DNA from: Spirochaetia bacterium
GTDB taxonomy: Bacteria > Spirochaetota > Spirochaetia > DSM-2461
Direction: 5' to 3'
NCBI GenBank assembly: GCA_963666985.2
Contig: CAXXIA010000001.1
Span: forward strand, 1,024,001-1,088,000
Length of the DNA: 64,000 bases
Below are positions 30,082 to 38,262 of this stretch, one piece after another (position 1 is the stretch's first letter; each line of letters opens with the position of its first letter). Made by a program: the position numbers and the translations under genes. The notes below the pieces were generated by a model. The model saw only the letters and a list, made by a program, of their open reading frames with translations. It was not told where the DNA came from and searched no databases.

Positions 30082-31357
30082 CGTTCCCTTCCAATGGTTT
30101 TCTATCAATTAGAATATAGAATATTTCTTTATCGGCGTCAGCGAACTTCGGCACAGATGACTTTTCCGTAATGATGTTTTGTATTTGAACGGAATCGGCG
30201 GTATCGGCGGCGAATCGTATAATCAAAGGCCATTCTGTTACCTTGAGGATTTCTTTTTTTATAGAAGTCCCGGTTTCAGGCTCTTTAGGAGCAATCAAGA
30301 TCCTTAGGCCGCGAAAAACAGCTTCAAAACCGTTCCGTGCCTCGTCTTGGGTCACGATCAGGCGTCCTTCAAGATGTTCGCCCGTTCTTCGAATTTCAAG
30401 AGAGTGTTCATTCCTTTCGGCCGTTATTCCGCCGAATGTCCATTTCCCGCTTTTTCTAAGGGCGTTTCTGACGGCTTTCACACTCTTCCAAGGGTATCTG
30501 CGGTCCGGGAGTTCCGAATCATCGAACCTGTTTACGGCGTCCCAAATGGCCATGGCTCTGAAATATTCCGGCGAGGCGTCCCATTGAGCGGGATTCCAGC
30601 AATACCGTTTATCCTTTTGCAGCGAAGGAAGTTCCATGTCCATGCTTCGGCTCAAAGCATCGGAGACTTCCTCGGCTCGTTCCGAAAGAACATGAAGAGA
30701 AGACGGCCAACCCGGAAAAATATCCGTTATGAGCGGAAGTAATTCATTTCTCACGCGATTTCGGACATATCGGGAACCTTCGTTCGTGGAATCTTCCGCC
30801 CAAGGAATCCCGGCCTCCGAAAGAAAGCGCCTGAGCTCCCGACGCTCCACGGATAAAAGAGGCCTGAAAGACCTGCCCGTGCTCGCGGAGATTCCTTTTA
30901 AGCCTTCGGGACCCGAACCGGAAAGGAGCCTCATCATAACCGTTTCCAACTGATCGTCGGCCGTATGTCCGAAGAAAACGGCTTTTGCGGCTATTTTATC
31001 CGCATAATCATCCAGAATCCGATGGCGGGCCGTCCTGGCCGCTTGTTCCGGACCGCAGCCCAGATGTTCTTCAAGAGTACGGATCTCGGAGACCGCGTTC
31101 AAAACAGCAAACGGCACATCCCTTTCGCGGCAAAGTCTCCGGCAAAGCCGATTTTCTTCATCTTCTTCGCTTAACGTACGAATCCCGTGCACGACGCGCG
31201 AGGCATAAAGATCCCATCTGCGTTTTTCCCGTTCACGAACAAGCAGTTCCAGAAGAGAAACCGAATCTCCGCCGCCCGAAAGCGCTATAAGGATGCGGCA
31301 TCCTTGAGGAATCTCAAGAGTATCAAGACATTTGCCGAAACGCTTCTCAAGATTCAC
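30074..31357 (-). CDS. tilS: tRNA(Ile)-lysidine synthase
   Basis: ALSGGGDS, GHTADDQLET, RPLL, EDSTN, RNRVR. Confidence 0.96.
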   Translation of the reverse strand: MNLEKRFGKCLDTLEIPQGCRILIALSGGGDSVSLLELLVREREKRRWDLYASRVVHGIRTLSEEDEENRLCRRLCRERDVPFAVLNAVSEIRTLEEHLGCGPEQAARTARHRILDDYADKIAAKAVFFGHTADDQLETVMMRLLSGSGPEGLKGISASTGRSFRPLLSVERRELRRFLSEAGIPWAEDSTNEGSRYVRNRVRNELLPLITDIFPGWPSSLHVLSERAEEVSDALSRSMDMELPSLQKDKRYCWNPAQWDASPEYFRAMAIWDAVNRFDDSELPDRRYPWKSVKAVRNALRKSGKWTFGGITAERNEHSLEIRRTGEHLEGRLIVTQDEARNGFEAVFRGLRILIAPKEPETGTSIKKEILKVTEWPLIIRFAADTADSVQIQNIITEKSSVPKFADADKEIFYILIDRKPLEGNDA

Positions 31358-31961
31358 GCCGATTGAGTCCTTCAGCGACTTTTTGGAAAGGAAAAGCCGT
31401 TAAGTCCCGAACGGCGCGCGCCGCTCTCGTGCATGCAAAATCAATGGCGTTCCCATCTTCCCCCTCAGGTTCCCCAAGAACATGATCCACAACCGATATG
31501 CCCGGCGAGGGTCTGCCGATTCCTATATACAATCGAATAAAATCGGAGGACCCCAGGAAAGCGATGAGAGATTTCAAACCGTTATGTCCGGCATGTCCCC
31601 CGCCTTTTTTCAATCGGCAGGCCCCCGGCGGCAAATCCATGTTGTCGACAATGACAATAATATCGGAAGCGGAAATACCGTAACGGCGAACCAACGACGG
31701 CATCATCTCTCCCGAACGATTCATATATCCCTTGTATCTGAACGCCAGGATGGATCGCTCCGCTCCGGGATTTTCAATGCGGGCCTCGGCGTAAGATGAG
31801 AAGAGCCGACTCCTGAAATTCAGGCGCGGCTCTTCGGTTAGGCGATCAACGGAAATATATCCGACATTATGCCGGGTTCGTTCGTACTTCAATCCCGGAT
31901 TCCCCAATCCTATGACGAATAGAGGAATTTCAGCGGGATGCCGGGGATTCCTATTCCGCAC
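31347..31961 (-). CDS. pth: Peptidyl-tRNA hydrolase
   Basis: GLGNPG...TRHNVG, YMNRSG, GGHAGHNGLKS. A GTG start at 31961 overlapping the rplY end is inferred. Confidence 0.95.
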   Translation of the reverse strand: MRNRNPRHPAEIPLFVIGLGNPGLKYERTRHNVGYISVDRLTEEPRLNFRSRLFSSYAEARIENPGAERSILAFRYKGYMNRSGEMMPSLVRRYGISASDIIVIVDNMDLPPGACRLKKGGGHAGHNGLKSLIAFLGSSDFIRLYIGIGRPSPGISVVDHVLGEPEGEDGNAIDFACTRAARAVRDLTAFPFQKVAEGLNRRES

Positions 31962-32586
31962 TTTCCCCTGCGGCGCTCTCAACGCCCGCATCCGCTTCTT
32001 CGACGCCTTCCGCGCCTTCGCCGGTTTCGTCGGCGGAAGCCTTCGCATGAGAAACAATCGCGACGGTCAGAGTCGGATCAACCCGCAGTTCAACGGTATC
32101 CGGGATATCAAGGGCACCGACATGGATGGACTCACCGACGGCAAGTTTGGAAACGTCGACGGTAAAAACACTCGGGAGATCTTTCGGGAGACAAATAATT
32201 TCGAGTGTTTCGATCTTCTGCTCCAGAATTCCGCCTTCCCTGACTCCCATGGGAGTTCCCTCAAGGTGAATCGGCACCTGCGTGTGAAGTTTCTGTCCGG
32301 CATGAATCGCATAGAAATCGATATGATTAACACGGCCGGAGAGAATGTCTTCCTGCATATCTTTAATAAGAACATGATGTTCGGCGCCGGCCACTTTCAG
32401 CGTTACAATCATATTCCCCGAGACATGCTTAAACCGTGTGGCCCAATCCTTGGCGTCGACACTGACGGCTTTGGGATCACCTTCTCCATATAAAACGGCC
32501 GGTATTTTGCCGTTTCTCCTGATTTCTCTTGCAGCGCCTTTATTTGATGCTTCGCGTAATTCAGCCGTAAGTTGCATGCTTTCCAT
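31951..32586 (-). CDS. rplY: 50S ribosomal protein L25/Ctc
   Basis: GKIPAVLYG, HIDFY, GVREGGIL, acidic tail. Confidence 0.97.
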   Translation of the reverse strand: MESMQLTAELREASNKGAAREIRRNGKIPAVLYGEGDPKAVSVDAKDWATRFKHVSGNMIVTLKVAGAEHHVLIKDMQEDILSGRVNHIDFYAIHAGQKLHTQVPIHLEGTPMGVREGGILEQKIETLEIICLPKDLPSVFTVDVSKLAVGESIHVGALDIPDTVELRVDPTLTVAIVSHAKASADETGEGAEGVEEADAGVESAAGESAE

Positions 32587-32628
32587 GAGTCCCTCGATCC
32601 TCCGTTGTTCGGGAATAATTAAATGTAG

Positions 32629-32700
32629 CTAGGACGGCAGGATTCGAACCTGCGAATGCCGGGATCAAAACCCGGTGGCTTACCACTTGCCGACGTCCTA
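32629..32700 (-). tRNA. tRNA-Gln(TTG)
   Basis: TAGGACG/CGTCCTA acceptor, CCGGG-TTTTGAT-CCCGG anticodon arm, GGTTCGAATCC. Confidence 0.96.
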
Positions 32701-32720
32701 TCGTCTCGGTTTTCGCCGCT

Positions 32721-33014
32721 CTAGAACGCTCTATCGTCTCCGACGGACGTTTCTATGGAATCTCCCATCCTTTCATACTCCTCGAGGATTTTGTCCTGTA
32801 AACGCATCCGAAAGGCTGTGTTTATAGGATGGGCAACATCCTTATACTCACCGTTCTTCGTTTTCCGACTCGGCATCGCGATAAAAACGCCGTTTTCACC
32901 TTCGATGATTTTGACGTTGTGAACGACAAAAGAATCATCGAATGTAACGGTAACATAGGCTTTAAGCTTACCGTCGGCACTTACCTTCCTGATGCGTATA
33001 TCAGTGATGTCCAT
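32721..33014 (-). CDS. spoVG: SpoVG nucleic-acid-binding regulator
   Basis: [35 protein letters not shown]. Confidence 0.97.
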   Translation of the reverse strand: MDITDIRIRKVSADGKLKAYVTVTFDDSFVVHNVKIIEGENGVFIAMPSRKTKNGEYKDVAHPINTAFRMRLQDKILEEYERMGDSIETSVGDDRAF

Positions 33015-33163
33015 GACCGTCCTCCTGGAGCGGTTACCGAACCTCTATTTTAATGAGGGTGCGTTCGGCAATCAAGGGGTAGATTCGATACTCTTTTATA
33101 CCGGGATTGACGACCTTTAATAAAGGCCTTAATGTAGGCATATCCGAAACGCGGGGTTGTCCC

Positions 33164-33394
33164 ATGCTGAGCGAAGAGCAACAAGTATTCGACGAAAGCG
33201 TTGACCCCTACGATAGCAGTATCGATAGGGATTTTGACGACGGGATAGCCGAACGAGCATCATTCGGAGCTTTTTCGGATGAACTCGAAGAAATTGATGA
33301 GGCCAACTGGGATTCGGATTGGGATGATGAAACCGTTCCTCAAGCCGAACAAACCGATGAAACGGCCGATTACGACGATTTATTCGACGATTGA
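33164..33394 (+). CDS. Very acidic small hypothetical protein (76 aa)
   Basis: TTGACG-N17-TAATGT promoter and a G-rich SD-like run upstream; 30 of 76 residues are D/E. Confidence 0.7.
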   Translation: MLSEEQQVFDESVDPYDSSIDRDFDDGIAERASFGAFSDELEEIDEANWDSDWDDETVPQAEQTDETADYDDLFDD

Positions 33395-33711
33395 GACCCA
33401 TTAATCAAATCAATTCCCAAAAAAACCCCTCTTCTGGTGAATGAGATTCTCTCCGAGACGGATGGAGCACTCGATGTTCACCAAGAATCGGGACCGCCTG
33501 ATGGGTTCGGACATTGCCGGTCGATTTTTCACATCGTGTGGTTAAGAAGCGCTCGAATGCGGCTCATGGCTCCAAAACCGATCCGGAAACCCGTTTGATA
33601 AAGAAAATCAAAAGAGGAATGCCGCCGGAACGCAAATGGAAACACCGAAAAGGAAAAGGACTTTCAGCATTCTTGACGCGATGGGATCAACCCGATACTG
33701 TTCCTTACTGC

Positions 33712-33785
33712 GGTCGCTTAGCTCAGCTGGATAGAGCGTTGCCCTCCGGAGGCAAAGGTCGTGGGTTCGAATCCCGCAGCGATCA
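33712..33785 (+). tRNA. tRNA-Arg(CCG)
   Basis: GGTCGCT/AGCGATC acceptor, TTGCC-CTCCGGA-GGCAA anticodon arm, GGTTCGAATCC. Confidence 0.95.
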
Positions 33786-33790
33786 CATTT

Positions 33791-33817
33791 AAAGCGCCTT
33801 TAAAGGGCGCTTTTTTC
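33791..33817 (+). terminator. Intrinsic terminator after tRNA-Arg
   Basis: AAAGCGCCT-TTAA-AGGGCGC followed by a T-run. Confidence 0.75.
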
Positions 33818-34023
33818 ATGCGTTCTCATGTCCGGGCCGGCCGGTCCGCCGATACGTCGGATAAGCGCAAGATTCAAGATTTTCACCGCGCTCCTTTGGG
33901 GAAACGGTCCGCGTCTCGCTCATCAGTCGACGCCGGAATCAATGAACGCCGGTGAAGAGCAAGATATACAAACACCTGAATACGATATATCCTTTACGGT
34001 ATAACAAATACCGAGGTACCGCC

Positions 34024-35757
34024 GTGAAAAAGCGCCTGCCCCTGGCCGCTTTGAGCCTCATTGCCGTTCTGCTCGTCTGGGCCGCCAGACCCTTAAGGAG
34101 CAGCAAATGGGACATTGAATTCGACCCCAATCTCCAGGCCGGTAAAGACTCTTACCTTGACGGGATCGGCCGCTTGTCGGCGAAAAGCGACCGCCCCAAC
34201 GTGCTGATTATCCTGGCCGACGATTTGGGGATGACCGACATTTCTCTCTACGGCTCGCCTCATCTGGAAACGCCCAACATTGATTCCATCGGGCGTGAGG
34301 GCATTACCTACAGCCAAGCATATGCCACCGCGCCCATCTGCTCGCCTTCCCGGGCCGGTCTTCTCACCGGGCGCTACCAGAACCGATACGGATTCGACAG
34401 CCAGCCCATGACCCGTTACGCCCGCTCCAGACTCGAATACTGGTGCTATCGTCTTTTCGTGAACACCTACCCCATGTTTCCCATCGACAACGAAAGCATC
34501 CCTTCGGAAAGTCAGATTGAGAGGCAGGGCATGCCGCCGACCGAGATTCTTCTTTCCGAGGCGCTCTCGGCCTCCGGCTACCGCTGCGGCGCGGTGGGTA
34601 AATGGCATCTGGGATACGGCGATCTCCAAGCTCCGACCAACCGGGGGTTCGACTCCTTCTACGGTTTTCTGGAAGCATTCACCGCGTATGCCGACCCCAA
34701 GCGTCCCGACATAGAGAGCGTTCAATTCGGCGAATTCAGCGAGAAGCATATCTGGCGCCAAAAGCGAAAAGGTCCCAGCGCCATCCGGCGCAACGGCGAG
34801 GTGATTGAGGAAGAGGATCATCTGACCGACGCCATCGCACGAGAGGCCGCGGCGAAAATCCGCGATTATGCCTCGGAGGATGAGCCGTTTTTTCTCTACG
34901 TCCCCTTTTCCGCGCCTCATACTCCCTTCCAGGCCCTCACCTCTTACACCGAGAAATTTTCCGATGTGGAAGACCCCGCCAAGCGAATCTACTATGCGCT
35001 GATTTCCCAGCTTGATGACGCCGTGGGCGAAATTCTGGATGAGCTGGAGGCTTCGGGGCAGGCCGAGAATACATTGGTGATCTTCGCCAGCGACAACGGC
35101 GGGGCCACCTACACAGGGGCCACGGGAAACGATCCTTTACGCGGCGGCAAGATGTCCCACTTCGAAGGAGGCCTTTCGGTTCCGCTGGTTCTCCGGTGGC
35201 CCGCTTCGCTTTCCTCCGGTGTTCAGGAAGATGCGCCTGTGCTCCTAACCGACGTTTTTACAACCGTTCTGAACGCCGCCGGTGTGCCGCTGCCTGAAGA
35301 CAGGCCCATCGACGGGATTGATCTTTTCGGCCGAGGCGGCAAAGCCGGCGATGTCGCATGGGGCGGCCAATTTATTTCTTCGGATTCAGCCGATTACACA
35401 GCGGCCGACTCATCTCAAGCCGCCGATACAGCCTCCGCCGCGAACACAGCCGCGGCAGTCGATATCGCCGGTCCGCCGGAAGACCGTCCGCTGTTCTGGC
35501 GTGCCGACTACAACCATGTCACCCTTTGGAATGGGTGGAAACTCATCGAAAACGGCAAGGACGGCCGCATCTGGCTCTACAACATCGAAAACGACCGTGA
35601 GGAAAATAACAATCTCGCGGAGGAGCGGCCGGATATGGTGAACATGCTCCATGAAGCCTTTGAAGCCTGGAACGCCGAAATGATGCGGCCGTCCTGGCCT
35701 CGCGTAATGGACTATTTCTACAATGAGGACGGCGAAGGATACTGGTTCGCGACCTAA
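34024..35757 (+). CDS. Formylglycine-dependent sulfatase, N-terminally anchored or exported
   Basis: PNVLIILADDLG, CSPSRAGLLTGR (CxPxR), GKWHLG, PHTP, SDNG. Confidence 0.95.
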   Translation: MKKRLPLAALSLIAVLLVWAARPLRSSKWDIEFDPNLQAGKDSYLDGIGRLSAKSDRPNVLIILADDLGMTDISLYGSPHLETPNIDSIGREGITYSQAYATAPICSPSRAGLLTGRYQNRYGFDSQPMTRYARSRLEYWCYRLFVNTYPMFPIDNESIPSESQIERQGMPPTEILLSEALSASGYRCGAVGKWHLGYGDLQAPTNRGFDSFYGFLEAFTAYADPKRPDIESVQFGEFSEKHIWRQKRKGPSAIRRNGEVIEEEDHLTDAIAREAAAKIRDYASEDEPFFLYVPFSAPHTPFQALTSYTEKFSDVEDPAKRIYYALISQLDDAVGEILDELEASGQAENTLVIFASDNGGATYTGATGNDPLRGGKMSHFEGGLSVPLVLRWPASLSSGVQEDAPVLLTDVFTTVLNAAGVPLPEDRPIDGIDLFGRGGKAGDVAWGGQFISSDSADYTAADSSQAADTASAANTAAAVDIAGPPEDRPLFWRADYNHVTLWNGWKLIENGKDGRIWLYNIENDREENNNLAEERPDMVNMLHEAFEAWNAEMMRPSWPRVMDYFYNEDGEGYWFAT

Positions 35758-35900
35758 AAACAGCGCGGCTCGTAAATCACGATAGAATCGAGCCGGAAAC
35801 AGTCCGGCCGGTCGCCCGGCGAGAGTCGGCGGATTGCCTCACCCGCCGATTCGAACGCCTCCTGCCCCCGCCACCATTTCCGATCTGCCGCAAAAGCCGA

Positions 35901-37613
35901 CTATCGGTACACCTTGCTTTTCGCCGAGGCGCGGGCTCCCCGATATCCCCAAAGCAAACGCCCCATCAACTCAGCCCTTGGATCAACAGGCCCTTCAAAA
36001 TACAGAGACTTCCATTTCTCCACTCCGGCAAGTTCGGCGGCCGCTTTTCGAGCCTCCTCCAATCCTCCGAATTTATCGGCCAATCCCGACGCAACCGCAC
36101 GGCCGCCGGACCAGGGTATCCCTCCGGCCAAAGAAGCGACTGCCTCTTCGTCCAGTCCCCGCTTCTCGGCCACCAGCCCCTGAAAAAGCATATCGATATC
36201 CTTGATGCCGGACGCATAAAGGCTCGCATACCGGTCATCCAGGGAACGTCCCGGATGATTTCCTCCGGACCAGGGAGTCGTACCCACTCCGTCGATCCGA
36301 ACGCCGAGCCAGTCGCGAAGAGCTTTTTCAAAGGTCATGGTAAGACTGTATACGCCGATGGATCCTGTTACGGTTTCCGGCCGCGTGACAATCAAATCGG
36401 ACTCCAGTGCAATCCAATATCCGCCGGAAGCGGCCATATCTCCCATCGAGGCGACGACAGGCAGTCCCCATTTTTCCCGTGTTTCCGCCAAAGAACGGCG
36501 AACGGCTTCACCGGCTCGGACATCTCCTCCGGGACTGTCGATCCGGACGACAAGCGCCGCGACTCCCGGCAGCTCGCGCGCCGCGGTGACGGCGCCGACA
36601 ATGTCATCGCTTCCGGCCGTTCCGGCGCTACCTTCTCCGTAGACAAGAGCTCCTGTTACGGGAATAACGGCAATCTTCGGAGCACCCGCTCCGCCCCGGA
36701 ATACCCGGGCGGCATAATCGAGAGCGTCGATTCTCCGCCGAGGATTATCACCGAAACGTTCCGAAAGGATTCCTTCCAAAACACCGCCCGTTTCCACCGT
36801 GTCGACAAGACCGCCCTTCAGCGCGGCCGCCGATCCGTCGCCGCCAGCGGCGGCAAGATATTCATCGTATCCGTCGATCCAGGCTTCCAAATCCTCGGGA
36901 TTCATTCCCCGGTTTTTCGCCACGGCCGAGAGCCATTCATTCCAGAGATCGCCGAATAATCGCCGCTCATCCCGCAGAGAAGCTTCGGACATTTTATCCA
37001 GAACGGCGTTTTCCGCCGCGCTCTTCGATTCACCGGAGCGGAACAGATGCGCCTCGCCGCCCAGCTTTTCCAGCCCTTCGGCGTAATAGGCTCTCCAGGA
37101 ACCGTAGCCGGCCACAAAAACCTCTCCGAGCCGATCCAAAACGATTTCGTTCGCCGCGGACGCGATACGGTACCGGGAGGTGTCGTAGGTATCGGCGCCG
37201 GCTAAAACAGGTTTACCCGATTCCCGAAACCGCGCCAGAGCGTCCGCCAGTTCACCGGCCGCCGCCGGACCCGCGGAAGTCAAATCATTCAGATTTACCC
37301 AAACACCGATAATCCGCTCATCCGCGGCGGCCGCGTCCACCGCGCTCACCAAATCATCCAGGAGCGACTCGCTTAAATATCCCCCGACGGGCAAACCGCG
37401 AAAACTTGCCGGAGAAGAATAAGCATCGACAAGAGTTCCAACCGGATGCACCACCAGAAGACTTTTGTCTCTCACCCTCGGCGGACCGGAGAGAATAAAT
37501 CCGATAAAAAGGCCGATGATCAGTCCCCAGAAGAGAATTCCCAGGATGAGACGTCGAACAAGATCAAGTCCGTGTCCCAAATCCTCCATTCTTCGTCGAA
37601 ATCGATTATTCAT
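35901..37613 (-). CDS. sppA: Signal peptide peptidase SppA (67K type)
   Basis: RIDSPGG, SMGDMAASGGYWIA, TGSIGV; tandem S49 architecture. Confidence 0.93.
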   Translation of the reverse strand: MNNRFRRRMEDLGHGLDLVRRLILGILFWGLIIGLFIGFILSGPPRVRDKSLLVVHPVGTLVDAYSSPASFRGLPVGGYLSESLLDDLVSAVDAAAADERIIGVWVNLNDLTSAGPAAAGELADALARFRESGKPVLAGADTYDTSRYRIASAANEIVLDRLGEVFVAGYGSWRAYYAEGLEKLGGEAHLFRSGESKSAAENAVLDKMSEASLRDERRLFGDLWNEWLSAVAKNRGMNPEDLEAWIDGYDEYLAAAGGDGSAAALKGGLVDTVETGGVLEGILSERFGDNPRRRIDALDYAARVFRGGAGAPKIAVIPVTGALVYGEGSAGTAGSDDIVGAVTAARELPGVAALVVRIDSPGGDVRAGEAVRRSLAETREKWGLPVVASMGDMAASGGYWIALESDLIVTRPETVTGSIGVYSLTMTFEKALRDWLGVRIDGVGTTPWSGGNHPGRSLDDRYASLYASGIKDIDMLFQGLVAEKRGLDEEAVASLAGGIPWSGGRAVASGLADKFGGLEEARKAAAELAGVEKWKSLYFEGPVDPRAELMGRLLWGYRGARASAKSKVYR

Positions 37614-37728
37614 AGCTCATCTCCGAGGCGTTTCGGCGGTATACGGCAACGAATCGGCGCCGGAAAAAATAGAACTCGGTCCGCAGGTTCGCAAACCGCC
37701 GCAAGATAAGGAATCCCGATGCACCGTA

Positions 37729-38155
37729 TTACTCACCCAACGTTCTCAAACGCTCTTCATTCCGCGACCAGCCGCCCGCCAGGTCATAAACCTCGTGAAA
37801 ACCCATCTTTTCCATCAGAGCCATCGTTCGGGAACTGCGATTCCCGGACCGGCAGTACAAAAAATAAGTTCCGTCCCGATCCAGTTTATCCAGCGAATTC
37901 TGAAAATCTCCCGCATAGTAATCAATATTAACAGCGGGTACCGCATGACCGTCTTCGTATTCCCCTGGTGTGCGAACGTCTATGAGAACGGCTTCTCCAT
38001 CAGCGCTTTTTTCTTCATAGAGGGCAAAAAAACTCATCCGAACCGACCGTTTTGATTTTCGTTTCTTCGGCGCAGGCCGAGAAAATGAACGCGAAGAGGA
38101 AAAAGACAACCGCCGCAGATTTCTCGGGCCGATAGATCCATTTCATATGTTTCAT
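37729..38155 (-). pseudogene. Rhodanese-domain lipoprotein with a +1 frameshift in a T7 run (38026-38032)
   Basis: Signal peptide ending FIFSAC from 38155 joins IDVRTPGEY...LYCRSGNRS only if one T is removed. Confidence 0.8.
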
Positions 38156-38262
38156 TACTTCAATATACGGAATTCGCCGTACGTTGCCCAATACGCGGAT
38201 AGAACTTCAGTATTCATCCAATCGCTCCAATCGCCGAACTCTTCCGCCCGACATCCCGCCGA

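Noticed and set aside
31962..32057. Basic N-terminal extension of Pth
   Set aside because: Alternative-frame reading of the rplY acidic tail.
33712..35757. Genomic island integrated at tRNA-Arg
   Set aside because: No integrase, and no duplicated tRNA 3' end noticed in the window.
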